DNA from: a virus
Taxonomy: Duplodnaviria > Caudoviricetes
DNA: 64,000 bases
Virus record (IMG/VR): IMGVR_UViG_3300021426_000070
Location: 32,001-96,000 of that record
Reading direction: 5' to 3' (one strand)
The notes below the pieces were generated by a model, which saw only the letters and a list, made by a program, of their open reading frames with translations, was not told the DNA's origin and did not search any database. Positions within the stretch are counted from its first letter, which is position 1. Each line of letters begins with the position of its first letter. Shown here in pieces: positions 19,806 through 32,422 of this stretch. A program made the translations under genes and the position numbers.

Positions 19806-20006
19806 CTATTTTGCCTTTTTTATAGCCGTAGAAAGCATTTCTACCTCTCGTACGATACCTTGTGCTATCAGCTCTCTGTTCTTGCCGTACGGCTTTGATT
19901 TGCCCGTCTTGTACTTTCTCATCAATGACGGGGTAATGCCTATCCTTTCCGCAAACGCTGATGCATTGATATAAGGGAAAGACTCGAAAAACTCTTTTAT
20001 ATCCAT
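19806..20006 (-). CDS. small HTH protein (antitoxin-like)
   Basis: INASAFAERIGITPSLMRKYKTG. Confidence 0.7.
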   Translation of the reverse strand: MDIKEFFESFPYINASAFAERIGITPSLMRKYKTGKSKPYGKNRELIAQGIVREVEMLSTAIKKAK

Positions 20007-20498
20007 TTCTCTTTCCTTTCTTTAAATCGTTTCAACACTTCTTGACACCAATCTTTATCTGTAAATCTCTTCGTCTTTCCTTGTTCCAAGTTCTCTGCCC
20101 AAAAATCAAGGAAAGCATTTAATATTATTTCCACATCTTCCAAAGTCAGCTCCAAGTCTTTCTCTGCTTGATGGTAGCCTTCGATATATTCTGCGCAAAC
20201 ACCTTTAAGGTGCTTTTCTATCCATTCTTTGCTTGCACCCTCATGCACGGGGAATCTCTCTAATGCTCTTTCTGTGGCTTTATTCATCTTCTTTTTCTTT
20301 TACGTTTATTCAATAATTCAATACCATAATTCTTTGGTGTCCTTTTTTGGCTGCAGCATGCGGCGTACACATCAGCACCAAACGATTTTGCTTCTACACC
20401 GTATTGCTCTTTGAGTACTTTCGCTATATCTTGCAGCTCTTTCATATCAGTCTCCAATAACGTTTCCGCTATCTTTCTTATATCAGCCATATAACATA

Positions 20499-22352
20499 TT
20501 ATTCTCCTTTATGTGATTTTATATATTCTAATAACTCTTGACCAGCTTTATCAAACTTCTCTTTCTCTTCTTTGCTTAGTGGCTTGTAAACCATCTTAAT
20601 TTTATACGTATCATCCACCTCTATCACTTCAAGATTGTTGATGAAATGTTTTAATATACCAAGATAAGTTGCAGCACCTAAATTGAATTCATTACTATTT
20701 TTGTAATTCCGATTCTCCAATCTTTCTATCTCAGCCAATAAAGCATCTTTGCTAATATAATTTGCCATAATCTATTTATTTTGTTGTTGTCTCACAATAA
20801 CCTCTTACGCCCTCGATGTAGTCGCTACCTACGGCAGAGAACCGCATACCACGCTCAAAGAAATGTGTGGCAATACCATTAAATGTATCGAACGGAATAT
20901 CATTACCCGCATTATGGATAGTTTTCCATCCATCTACTATTTCTTTTTCCAAGTCCACCCCTTTCACTTCAAGGGTGTCTATGAAAGAGAGAATGTTTAA
21001 ATCCTCTTCAACCATACCAAAATACTGAGGTAGCGTCTGCTTTCCACTATTCTCATCCATTCTTCCTTTTATCCACGCTACTAAAACGTCTTTATCTATA
21101 TACTTTCCCATAATCTATTCTCCTTTCTTTTATTTAAGTAATGGTTGAAATATCCAATACATTATTAATCCTACTATACTGATAATAAGACACATTCCAT
21201 CTAAAAACAAAGTAAACTTAGTAATTTCAAGCATTTTAACATTACGGAAATATCGCCAAGACAAATTACTTTTCTTATATCTATACCATTCAATAAAGAA
21301 AAGTATTATATGTAGCACAAGCCACACGATACTAAATCTAAATAGTACACTTTCCATAACTTACTCTCCTTTCTGTGCTTTAAGCCCAAGTTCGAAGAAA
21401 TGTTCTGCAAACTTGATTATCTCATCACCACCTTTTAATGTAAGGTTACAATATTTCCAATTAGGTTCTAAAGCCAATCTTTTTCTACCATCATGTGTAT
21501 AAATGTAGGCATCAATGGCTTTCTCCAAGTCCACCTCTTTCACCTCAAGGGTGTCGAGCAATTCAATCACTTCATTATATGCTTCTACCTTATATTTAGC
21601 CTCTGTAGAACTTCCATAACTCCATTCATTTTTTCTTTTCTCTATTTTCGCTAATAAAGCGTCTAATTCAATGTATCGTGCCATAACTATTGTTTCTTAA
21701 AATTCGACATACCTTTGTGTGATTTCTCAAACTCTTCTTGTAGCATTGCTAGACGAAATAACTCTCTAAAACCGAGATTACCATATTGTTCTTTATAGTT
21801 TATCTGCAAATCTTTTAGCTTGTCTTCAAATAATATACAATCACTTGCTTTAGTGAGGTCTATACCATTAGCGTACATCGACAATGCTTGAATATCATTC
21901 CAAGGCAACCATACCTCGTGACTAAGATAGTAATCAGTAGCTTCTTTGTATTTGCCGTTGTTTAACAGAGTTACCATTTCAATTTTATCATTCCATTCCA
22001 TACCTTACTCTCCTTTCTTTTCTTTAAGCCCAAGATTTTCCATTCTATATTTCTCATCATGGGTTAATTTAAATAGCCCAACGCTATGCAACTCTTTAAT
22101 TGCTTTTCTCAGCCTTGCGGCAACCATTGGCTTATTATGCGCAAGATTACTTGTGTGGGTGAAATCAAGGTACTCGTATGCCTCTGCCATATTCTCGCTA
22201 ATACTACTTACGTCCACCTCTTTTGCCTCGAGTGTGTCAAGGTGTTCTAATAATTGTTTATAGCAAACCTTTCTTACCATGCTTGCGTTCTCACACAAAT
22301 AAGTTTCCTTTGCCCACGCTAATAAAGCGTCTTTGTCTATCAAATGTGCCAT
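20499..22352 (-). other. cluster of paralogous small genes (M..YI.KDALLA...TLEVKEVD family: 20499, 20776, 21361, 22005)
   Basis: Shared N-terminal and LEVKEVD motifs. Confidence 0.7.
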
Positions 22353-23332
22353 AATCTCACTTTTTTATGTACTTTTCTATATACCGACAAATCATATCCC
22401 AATCGCCCATATCAAATGCAACGTTTATGTTTTTACACTCACCATTTGATAGACACATCTTACCTTGTGGTCGATTGTTATCAAGATAAGCCATCAGTGC
22501 CATAGCAAGTACTCTTTTGATTCTGTTATAATCCTCATCACAACGGAAATACCTTACCATACCACGAATATTACCATCTTGTCCTATACCATATTCTTGT
22601 TTTCTGTAATTTTCTTGCAAGAATATCTTTTGTGGAGTTTTTGTTTTATCTGTCATCATATCATATACTTTTTAAATTCATTTGCTCTGCTTTGCCAAAC
22701 TACCCTCTTAATATTTCTAATAATTCTTCTGCTCGCTCTCTGTCACCAAATCCTTTGATGTCAACCCACTTGTCTGTAAAGAACCCCTCTTCGAGTTTCT
22801 GAACAAAGTAGCCGTCATAAGGAATACAGCCACCATTAACATAACACGGGTATCTGTGTTCAATTCTATACTTTGCCATACTTCACTTTATATAAATGAT
22901 TATTTCGTTTGGCTTATCAGAGCATATAACTCTGCCACATACTATTCCATTTACAAACTCTCTCTTAAAAGGGCTTTCCAACCAAGAACGGTCGAAAATA
23001 ATATCACCTTTTTGTGGGATTTCACCTTGCCAATTCTCCCACCTTCCAATCTCGTAGGATGTTCTAGTCTGAAATATAATTGTCATATCTTACTCTTCTG
23101 TCGTTGTTTTATAGAAATCGTTGATAGTCACTTCGAGGTTGCGATATTTCAAGCCATCCATTGACTCTACCGCCTTTTTCTCTGCTTCTTTCTTTATGTC
23201 CTTTTTGTGGCAGTAAAAACGCTCTGCTTCAATATCTCTGTCTGAAATCCATTCGCCGCTCTCTTCCTCAAGCCACTCGTAAGTCCACGAATAACTTACC
23301 CACCAAGCATAATCACGTCCTACTTTCATACT

Positions 23333-23821
23333 CTACTCTCCTTTCATATACTTTCCCATGTTCTCCACAAAACTCTCAATATCTCCACATTCAATACAAC
23401 CTTCATTAAGTTGCTTGTATATGTATTCTTTTGCCATTTCTATAATGGTGTCGGTGCGAGCGTACTCTGTAAGTCCGCTTTTGTTAGGCTTGCCGAAATA
23501 TACACTTTTCGTGTCAAGCCATATCTTATTCGGTAATTCTTTTTTCTCCATATCTTACTCTCCTTTCATGTACTTTTTAAATTCATCAACATTGATAGTG
23601 TATTCGCCACAACCTAGAGTTGCTCTTGCGCCGTGTTTCAAGACTTGCTTTTGATTGTAATTATACAAGAACTGTGCTGCCTTTTTAATAAAGGCATCAG
23701 TTCTAACATATTCGATTGCACCCGTTCTATAAGGTGCTTCATACCAACAAATAGATAAATCATTAGGATTTTCGTCATTTGGTAGAATGTATATCTCCTC
23801 TGGTGCTTTTAATTCTTCCAT
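23333..23821 (-). other. two paralogous small genes (EY.RTD..I...YMKGE family)
   Basis: Shared motifs. Confidence 0.6.
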
Positions 23822-23832
23822 AATCTTATCTT

Positions 23833-24629
23833 TTAAAGTTCAATTTCTTTTTTGATACCACACATGCGCATAGCGTTTTGAAATTGATGAATGTATTTGC
23901 ATACGACAATAGTAACACCATTGCCCAAACCATCAAACATTGATATTTTTTGATATATACCTATTTTGTCAACGATTACTTCTATATGAAAGCCTTCTAT
24001 GTCTTGAACATAGGTCATATGCAACTCTCCATCAAATATAATTCTAAACCCATTCTTTTCAAGAATCTCGGGCGCAAGTGGGATAGGCTCTACATTACTT
24101 GCATTTACCCACACATCTTCTCTTTCGCCCCAACCCACTTCGTTACTACCGCCTTTATCGTAGAGCGATGTAACCTTTATAATCTGACCACGATAATTAA
24201 CGTAGTCCCCCATTTGAAGTTCTGTTACTCTCATAGTTCAATCTCTTTATTAATTCTACAAATACGCATAGCCTGTTGTAGCTCATGGACGAATTTGAAT
24301 TTCTTTTCCACGTTACATATCAAAGAGAACCCTTTCGATGTGTATAGAACCATACGAAAATCTTTGTACCACCAAGACTCACCATCACGGAGAAGCCCAT
24401 TCTTTTTGAGCACATCTGGTGTAAGCTGTATCGGCTCAAGATAATCGAGCCACACGCCGCCTTGCACATTATCGGTATCACCCAAAGCAACACACGTTGC
24501 GTACCCCTTTAATTCGTGAAACGTCCTATCAGCATCAATGCCACGTATCACGACAATCGTACCTTTTTTAAAACTCACGTCCTTGTTCACTCGGAAAAAG
24601 TCGCCCACCATCAACTCACTTGCAATCAT
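23833..24629 (-). other. two paralogous genes (EL..GD...EPI.L.P..L.KNG...H..Q.AMR.C.I family)
   Basis: Shared motifs. Confidence 0.65.
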
Positions 24630-25245
24630 AACTTTTTAAACTTTTCGTTCAAGAATTGGATATACCACGTTCTGTTCCGTGACCTTCTAAAGCTAACCTC
24701 AGCCAATATCATATCTCGCCGACAATAGGCAAGCCACTTCTTAGCTTCATCAAAGTCGAAAGACGCATACAACGCCTTTTCTTGCCTTAGCTTTTTGCGG
24801 TAGCCTACACGATAGAACAGCCTATCTTCAAAATCTATCACCACCAAGCCGTATATCTTGTTGGCACGTCTGCGGAGTTTCTTTAACAACCTTACTTTCA
24901 TAACTCTAACCTTTTAATTTCTTCAACTTTTGATATAATGAATCCAATACAGCATTTTTGCTCTCTTCGGCGGCTGCTGCAAGATACTCTATCTGCTCGT
25001 CACTCGGTTGGAGAGATTTAAGCAAACTATCAAAACTTTCATATCCTTCTGCATGAAGAAAATTGAGAAGTTCATCCTCTTCGTCATGCTTCCGCCTCTC
25101 TTCCAAATGTTCAGCCACAAAATCTGCATAGTTCTTAGCCACACCACGTATAGCTGCCCTTCCGTGAGAAACATTGCCACTTGTTAGTTTCTCACTTCTT
25201 TCCATAATGTCCTTAAACCATGAAAGACAAAGCTCTAAGACTTCT

Positions 25246-26280
25246 TTATCTGTTTTCATCATAGTTATATAACTTTAGCAATTGTTCTTTCAAATCCTTA
25301 AACAGATTGTAAAAATAATCGTTTTCTTTTGGACTTTCACTTGAAGCCATAAGATTTACCACATAGTTCAATGCGTGTATCTGCTCGTTAGTCGGCTTCC
25401 AAATGGTCTGAGGATAATATTTATCTCTTATGCTGCGTAACGCATCTGCCATATCTTCATTGTCAGTATTATCAAGATGACAAGCGATTGATTCTATTTC
25501 ATTATAGTCCTCGTCACTCCAAGGCTTTGGCTCAACAAGTTCCCATCCATCTTGGTCTTGAATATCAAAGTTTGTAGTATCGCCATAATAGCAAGTATTA
25601 TCAATACTCTCTATGGTGCATTCAAACCCATCAATAATTGATTTCACTTTATCACCAACCTTAAACTTTGGCTCAACCTCAGTAGGCTTCTGTACTAAAC
25701 GAAGATAAGGATTGTCAAAAGAGAAGTGAATAACAGCTTTATCTCCCATTTTTTCCTTACCTCGATACTCACATATATAGCATTCTTTATCCATATATAC
25801 AATCTCGTAGATAGGCTCTCCTTTATAATTTGTGTTCTTTACATAGTCACCAATTTTGTACTTGGGTATATATTTATGCTCACCTTGAACTTCAGTAGGC
25901 TTTGCCACCCTTTTAAGCTGTGACAGATTGATAAGTACACCATCTTCATTGCGTGTCACCTCGTCACCAATTTGGATAGAGTCACGGAACTTTTTGTGCG
26001 CACCTTGCGTTTCAAGCCATGCAATATATTCTTGTTTAAAGCCACCACGACTTTTGACAAATTCAATAAGTTCTTTCCTAATTCTCTCGTCCTTGCTCTC
26101 TTCTTTTGGCAAATTCCTCAGTTCTTCGATTGGCAAATAATAAGCATCTTTAGCTACAATTACCCCAGCGTTTGAACCTACTTTTGGTGGAATAGTGCCG
26201 TCATTTCTCATCAAGAGTGCATCACAAGGTAATTCCTCTCCCTTTGCTATTCTTCTCCATTGTATTTTATTTGTTTCCAT
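25246..26280 (-). CDS. modular WSEEDE-family protein
   Basis: ES.DERIRK.LI, PKFKVGD, WSDED and WKP..EQ modules. Confidence 0.7.
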   Translation of the reverse strand: METNKIQWRRIAKGEELPCDALLMRNDGTIPPKVGSNAGVIVAKDAYYLPIEELRNLPKEESKDERIRKELIEFVKSRGGFKQEYIAWLETQGAHKKFRDSIQIGDEVTRNEDGVLINLSQLKRVAKPTEVQGEHKYIPKYKIGDYVKNTNYKGEPIYEIVYMDKECYICEYRGKEKMGDKAVIHFSFDNPYLRLVQKPTEVEPKFKVGDKVKSIIDGFECTIESIDNTCYYGDTTNFDIQDQDGWELVEPKPWSDEDYNEIESIACHLDNTDNEDMADALRSIRDKYYPQTIWKPTNEQIHALNYVVNLMASSESPKENDYFYNLFKDLKEQLLKLYNYDENR

Positions 26281-26283
26281 AAC

Positions 26284-26994
26284 TTACTCCTCCCTTAGTT
26301 TCTTTAATTGCTTTTCTAATTCTACAAGTATCTCTGACAATGTTGGGTGCTCGTCAAAATCATCAACGACAAAAGACCTTGCAAGTCTTACTGCCTTAAT
26401 CTGCTCATCACTCGGCTTCCATCTATTCTGAGGTCTGAGGGATTTGAGCTTATTTTTGAGCCATTTGATTTCATCTTCTATCCTGTCAGGTATATACTCA
26501 TTCCAAGGATTCACGAGGTCTTTAATTATATCACTAAGGAACTTTTCATCCTCTTCACTCCAAGGCTTCTGCTCATAGAGTTTCTTAACGGCACTGATAG
26601 CGCATTCGTGCTCTAAAATGCCGTCATCAGTCTGATAGCCATCAACCTTGCCACGAGTTCTTTCCAAAATGGAAATAGCATGCCACAGTCCGTCAATACC
26701 ATAGTCTTCACCATTAGGTAAATCAGTAGGCTTCTTCTCACCTTGCTTTTCAATCCAAGCAAGTAGTTTTTCTTCACTTATTTCTTGTCCTTGATACTTT
26801 ATGCCATACTTATCACAAGCACATTTTACTATATGTATAAGCGTTTTTCTTATCTTCTCGCTCTCATCTATTTTGAGTTCTGGAGCTACAGCATCAAGTA
26901 CAGAGTTAAAAGTATATACCCCTTTCTCTTCTCTTGCCTTATTTAGCCTTTTAACGAGGTCTTTGTATTTCTCTTCGTAAGTTTCCATAATCAC
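26284..26994 (-). CDS. modular WSEEDE-family protein
   Basis: Contains the duplicated 135-bp segment. Confidence 0.7.
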   Translation of the reverse strand: MIMETYEEKYKDLVKRLNKAREEKGVYTFNSVLDAVAPELKIDESEKIRKTLIHIVKCACDKYGIKYQGQEISEEKLLAWIEKQGEKKPTDLPNGEDYGIDGLWHAISILERTRGKVDGYQTDDGILEHECAISAVKKLYEQKPWSEEDEKFLSDIIKDLVNPWNEYIPDRIEDEIKWLKNKLKSLRPQNRWKPSDEQIKAVRLARSFVVDDFDEHPTLSEILVELEKQLKKLREE

Positions 26995-27019
26995 GATTAT
27001 TTTAATTTACCAACTAACT

Positions 27020-28084
27020 TTAGCTTTGCACTCTGTTTTTGAGTTCTTTGAGCCAATTTGCACATTCTTTAGCACCGCTATCTTGAACCATGCAATTCTC
27101 ACAGAATGTAATAAGTCGGTTTATATAACACTCATCCTCGTCACTCCACTCTTTTGTGGTTGTACGATTTGCTTCACTACCAATACGGGATTTGAGCCAA
27201 TTAATGACTTCTTTTGCTGTTGTGTGGCATACATATTCTAATCGCCCTCTATCAAGCGCATTAGTGATTGTATTTAACATTTTCTCGTCCTCGTCACTCA
27301 ATGGCTTATTCTCACCTTTCTTGATAACAACCTTGTTACCATCTATTTCAGCGTGGAAGCCGTTGTGGATAAAATATGTTTCCTCTTGCAATTCGCTATC
27401 CTTTGCGCCAAAGGCAATTTCGGCATCAAGCCCAACATCATTAAGATGCTTGAGTTCTGCCCAATCCTTTTCCCTCTGCTCTTTCGGAGTGTTGGCAAAA
27501 TAATCCTTCAGTATAGCCACGAGGTCTATATGCTTCTGCTCACTCATTTTTTCGATTATTTCATCAATATCATTAAGAGAAAACATTTTTGTAGTTTCAT
27601 CAGAATAATTAGGCTCATGTCTGTTACCACTTGCCTGCTGATATACCTCTAAACGCATATTTTTCCATGTTTCAACAATGTTCTTATTAGGCTTCTGCTC
27701 ACCTTGCTTTTCGCGCCAATAAAGTTCATGCACTCTATCGTGTAAACTTTCAAGCTGCTCATACAAATCCTTATCTTTTTGCAAATTCTTTGCTGCTACC
27801 ATTGCAAATTGTAATGCAAGAACATCGTCAAATGTAAACTTAGGTAGGCTAATATTTTCGCCTTGCTTTTCAAGCCATTCAATACATTTGTTCACAGCAT
27901 TAGGTGTTTCATAAAAGCCTTTATCTCTTGCTATCTGTAAAAGTGAGATTGTACTTTTTCTCAACTTCTCGTCCTCGCTGCCTCCAAGCTCGGGGAAATA
28001 CTTTGCGGCTTGCTCTACTGAGATAACACCATCAGTAAGCATAAGCCTTACAATACCTATTGCGTTCAAATCTTTGTAATCCAT
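27020..28084 (-). CDS. modular WSEEDE-family protein
   Basis: Shared modules. Confidence 0.7.
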   Translation of the reverse strand: MDYKDLNAIGIVRLMLTDGVISVEQAAKYFPELGGSEDEKLRKSTISLLQIARDKGFYETPNAVNKCIEWLEKQGENISLPKFTFDDVLALQFAMVAAKNLQKDKDLYEQLESLHDRVHELYWREKQGEQKPNKNIVETWKNMRLEVYQQASGNRHEPNYSDETTKMFSLNDIDEIIEKMSEQKHIDLVAILKDYFANTPKEQREKDWAELKHLNDVGLDAEIAFGAKDSELQEETYFIHNGFHAEIDGNKVVIKKGENKPLSDEDEKMLNTITNALDRGRLEYVCHTTAKEVINWLKSRIGSEANRTTTKEWSDEDECYINRLITFCENCMVQDSGAKECANWLKELKNRVQS

Positions 28085-28107
28085 ATCTGTATTCTTTTTG
28101 TTATTAT

Positions 28108-28695
28108 TTAAATCATTTCACCACCGCCATAGAAAAAAGACTTCATATCATCATAATCTTCTGCATAGCGTGTATTTTTGTTCTTATTTCGTGATTTTTT
28201 TCTTGTTTCACGGAAGATTTTTCTCTCTTCGTCAGTCATCTTGAAATTCGTCTCTCTCTCAGCCCACGCTATATATGAAGGGTCTTTTTCGCATATCTCA
28301 ATCACATATTTGCCTTTGTACTTGCCATAGTCGAATTTTCTTTTAGTGGCTGTATTTGGGCGAAAATCGCCATCAATAAAGTTTTTATTCAGCTCGATAA
28401 TCTCAGCCAAAGATACACATACGTTAGTAACGAATCCGTCTTTGATAAAGACTAGCGTAAATTGGTTATCACTAAATTTAGCTTTGGTTATATCATTAAA
28501 GCTGAAATAGCTGGCTGTTTGTGTTTCGATTATGTTTGTTTTCTTCAAACACTTCAACAAATCCTTCACATCAACGTTTATCGAAAATGAATTATATTCA
28601 TCCCCAGACACAAATTCAGAATTACACTGAACATCATTGATGTTTTTGGAAATATAATTTTTAACCAACTCTATTAACTGCGTATTTTTTTTCAT
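28108..28695 (-). CDS. protein with exonuclease X C-terminal-like (FGKYKG..I...DPSY..W) domain
   Basis: YGKYKGKYVIEICEKDPSYIAW. Confidence 0.55.
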   Translation of the reverse strand: MKKNTQLIELVKNYISKNINDVQCNSEFVSGDEYNSFSINVDVKDLLKCLKKTNIIETQTASYFSFNDITKAKFSDNQFTLVFIKDGFVTNVCVSLAEIIELNKNFIDGDFRPNTATKRKFDYGKYKGKYVIEICEKDPSYIAWAERETNFKMTDEERKIFRETRKKSRNKNKNTRYAEDYDDMKSFFYGGGEMI

Positions 28696-28709
28696 ATTGA
28701 CTTGTCTTT

Positions 28710-29474
28710 TTACTCACTTTTCAATCTTTTCAACTCAGCCTCGAGGAAATCAATCGTCTTCTGACGTGCATCCTCGATAAACGTAGATAACGTATTTACG
28801 TCTAATGTCGCTTCTAACATCACTGCAGACCTCGATGTTGTCATTGCTCTCAGCGCATTCATCAATTGTGCTTGCACCACAGAAAGATAGCCGACAACGA
28901 TAGAATTGATAGCCGCCACAGCCGTTTCCAAGTCCTCAAAGTGTGCCTCTTGCCACATTTCTTTCTTCTCTGACGTAACGATACGCCTTACGACCTTGCC
29001 AACGGAAGAGTCAAAATTCGTTTTCACTTGTATCTCGCACAGATAGTTGCCATACACGTCAGACAATGTGTATTTCTCACCACGAAATGCACATCTATCA
29101 TGCTTAAAGCCTAATGATGTCAGATAGTCGTATGCAGCACATTCTATATTATAATTCTTTCTATGTGAGGGGTCGTACACGTCAGCCGCAAACGGCAGTG
29201 TGGCATTGTACTTATCCATAGCCTCAATCAAAGCCTCTTTGCTCTCGTAACGCTCATCACGGAACACGTACTTATTGCCCTCGTTTGATAAGTAGAACTT
29301 ACCGATATACATTGCGTTCGCCCTCTTACACTCACGCTTGTAATCGTAGAGTAGATACCCGCCATCCCAAGGAATGATAAGATACTGCTCACCGAAAGCC
29401 TTTATCATCGGGTGCTTTATTGTTGCTGCAAAAGCCTCACCCTCATCTTTTCTAGGGCGTCCTCTCTGTGCCAT
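28710..29474 (-). CDS. hypothetical protein with N-terminal AT-hook-like RGRPRK
   Basis: Intact ORF. Confidence 0.55.
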   Translation of the reverse strand: MAQRGRPRKDEGEAFAATIKHPMIKAFGEQYLIIPWDGGYLLYDYKRECKRANAMYIGKFYLSNEGNKYVFRDERYESKEALIEAMDKYNATLPFAADVYDPSHRKNYNIECAAYDYLTSLGFKHDRCAFRGEKYTLSDVYGNYLCEIQVKTNFDSSVGKVVRRIVTSEKKEMWQEAHFEDLETAVAAINSIVVGYLSVVQAQLMNALRAMTTSRSAVMLEATLDVNTLSTFIEDARQKTIDFLEAELKRLKSE

Positions 29475-30215
29475 AATCTCTTTTCTTTTTATTTATTAAC
29501 ACCTACTTATCTAAATCAACAACCTTTGAAGCGCAATAATGCTTGAAGAAAAAGTCTGTATGTATGAACCGCCCCATTATGATAGGCTCACCACTATACG
29601 ACCAATCCATATAACAAAGCGTATCGCCGCTCTCAGTCTCTACAATAGCAAACACATTGATTAGCATGCCATCGCTTTTATCTAAAAGCTTCTGTAAGTC
29701 CTTTGACACGTAAATCTTCTTGCTGTCTTCTGCTTTAAAGACAAACGACTTTGCTCTCTCTTTATCCATAACTCTTGTACAGTTTTTAACGTGTGTCTCA
29801 CGCTCTAAATAAATTTGACGATGCAAAGATAAGTAAATTATCCTACACCGCCAAACAAAACAGCAACAAAAATGTATTTGTTTACACTATTTAACCTTTC
29901 ACCACAACCGCTTAACAAAATTACACATTCTATGCGATTTGGTGGGCTTCTTACATATCGTCCAAGTCTTGCTCCAACTTCTTTTTCCTCGTCTCCAATG
30001 ACTGAGTGCGTAACTTGATAGCGTTCATAATGCTTTCATGTACCAATCCAGCAAGGTTGCAGCTATTTTTCATGACATAGACAATACGCTCCGCATATTC
30101 AACACTGTTAGGCTTCTTACTTATTTCACCAAGATGGTTCTTAAAGTCTTGCAGTTCCGCAATCTCTTTGTTTGTCTTTTCAAGACTTTCAATAAGTTTC
30201 TTAACTTCGATAGCT

Positions 30216-30956
30216 TTACTTATTTTCATTTTCTTTATCTTTTTTATAGTGATACTCTAATAATACTCTCTGACACAAGGGAAACGTCTGATATATCTTC
30301 TGTAAGTCTTGCGGATAATTGGTCTCAAGCCATAGTAGGCAATCGACATTAAAGCCTATGCCGTTGGATGCCTTTCCGACCTTTGCCCCGTCTCCGCTAG
30401 TAGCAAGCGAATACATAACGGGTTCGGGGAGATTATGCATCTTCATATAGCTGAGTATTTGCTTTTGCGAAAACTCCGCACACGGGTAGGCTTGATAGTT
30501 ATCTGTGTAATGGTTCTCCTTAAAGCGGGTAATCATAAGGTTGCGGTTCATGCCGTCAGCCTTCTTCATGCCTAGGAACACCCATTGCGTGTTGTATTTC
30601 AGCCGCAGAGCCTTGATGACATCAGCAAGCTTCAGCAACTTTTGGTTTGGGTGTGGCGTACAATACAATCCGCTTCTTAGTATATACGTCAGATTCCAAT
30701 GCGGCACTTCCAAGAACTCCACATTCGGGTATTTGGCTTTCACCCAATTTATCCATCTGTCTATATGCTCTAAGCCTTGAACGAAATACAAAAACACACA
30801 TATCACCTTCTTGAACCTCGGATATATTAAATCTAACGTTACTATAGAATCCTTTCCGAGCGAACACATGAGGATGCACGTATCAGTCTGACTAGCCACG
30901 TAGTCGATACAATCATTAGCCGCTATCAGCGGATTACTTCTTATCTTCTTTGCCAT
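30216..30956 (-). CDS. PAPS-reductase-like / PP-loop family protein
   Basis: SLGKDS PP-loop; GMKKADGMNR. Confidence 0.8.
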   Translation of the reverse strand: MAKKIRSNPLIAANDCIDYVASQTDTCILMCSLGKDSIVTLDLIYPRFKKVICVFLYFVQGLEHIDRWINWVKAKYPNVEFLEVPHWNLTYILRSGLYCTPHPNQKLLKLADVIKALRLKYNTQWVFLGMKKADGMNRNLMITRFKENHYTDNYQAYPCAEFSQKQILSYMKMHNLPEPVMYSLATSGDGAKVGKASNGIGFNVDCLLWLETNYPQDLQKIYQTFPLCQRVLLEYHYKKDKENENK

Positions 30957-32422
30957 ATATTAAAGTATATCTTCGTCTTCAATCTCTTCATTCTCGTTGT
31001 ACCACTCACAATCATTAGGCTTGAAATAATCTTCTACCCTACAACCTTTAAAGCAGAAATTATTCTCGCTTTCATATCTTTCACACATCACACAACAATG
31101 CTTTGGGATAGGGTACACCTCATAGATATCTGTTTTCAGATACGGCTTCTTCCGCCCTTTTAACTTATCACAAAAAGTATATTTCGGTGCATTGTTCTTT
31201 GTGATATAATGCGAATCAGCACCATCTATTACCTCTTCTAACGGCTTGTAATAAAACGCAAACGAGCCCGTTACCAACTCTTTTACCTTTACAACCTCAG
31301 CCATACGACCACCATCATGCGAATTGCCGATAAATATCTTGTCACCTACTTTGGCATTTCCGAACCAATAGAACCCTTCTGTGCGTTCATGTGGGTGTAT
31401 TATTGCCACACACCGCTTTCTATCTACCCACCCGTCATTACAACGATAGGCTTTAACGCCTAGAGCCATCAGCTTATCATGGAACTCTGAGCACGTCCTA
31501 TTAAACTCGTTGGTAATATCCACCATCATACCAACCAAGTTGCTGTCATTGACAACGACACTGCCGCCATTGCCTAAATCTATCTTCTTGCCGATAGACC
31601 CATCTTCATTAACATAAAGTGGGAACTTACCGCCTTTCAACCTCTCTTCCATTACTCATCAACCTTAGCGTATTTGACAATATCAAGGAAGTTGTTTATT
31701 CGTGACACAACAGAATCTATCTTGCCATAGGCATTAGAATACCTCCTTAATGCCGTCCTCATAGCCCCATCCTCAGAACAAGCCCCTACAGCCTTTTCTA
31801 CAATCCCTATCCTATCTTTAATGGACTGCATACGCTCCAAAGCCTTCTCGAGCTGCTTCATGGCAATATCCATCATGTTTTTGTCAACGCTGAATGTAAC
31901 CAAAGGCGGAATATCTTCCATCTTATCCGTATCAGACAAGGCTTGTATTAGTAACTTGTTCTGTCTTTGGGCTGTATCAAGCTGCTGCTGCAAGCCATCT
32001 GTCACATCCCTAACAACAGCATCCCTACTAGACTGCATTTCTTGCAGATTGATAGCTAGGGCTTTATTTTTCCTAACTGCCGCCTCATATTGGCTACGAA
32101 CAACAGAAATACGTTTCTGCAATCGCTCTTTGTCCTCTTTGAGCTCGCTGTTCTCTCTCTCCAACACCTCAGCATGCCTCCGTGCCTTTTCAACTTGCTC
32201 GTTAATTCTTCGGTAGTCCTTGATGATGTACTTCATTCGCACCTCATAAGGAAGTTCGTCTTGTGGTCTGCCCATAATAAATTGTTTGTGCCCATGTGGG
32301 CGGTTAATAAATACCTTGTATAATACGCATCACTTCTGCCGTGCTGATATTCGCTCTCATAGCCTCATGGCGGATGAAACGCTTGAAATCAGCATACACC
32401 TCTTCATCGGAAATCGTCTGTT

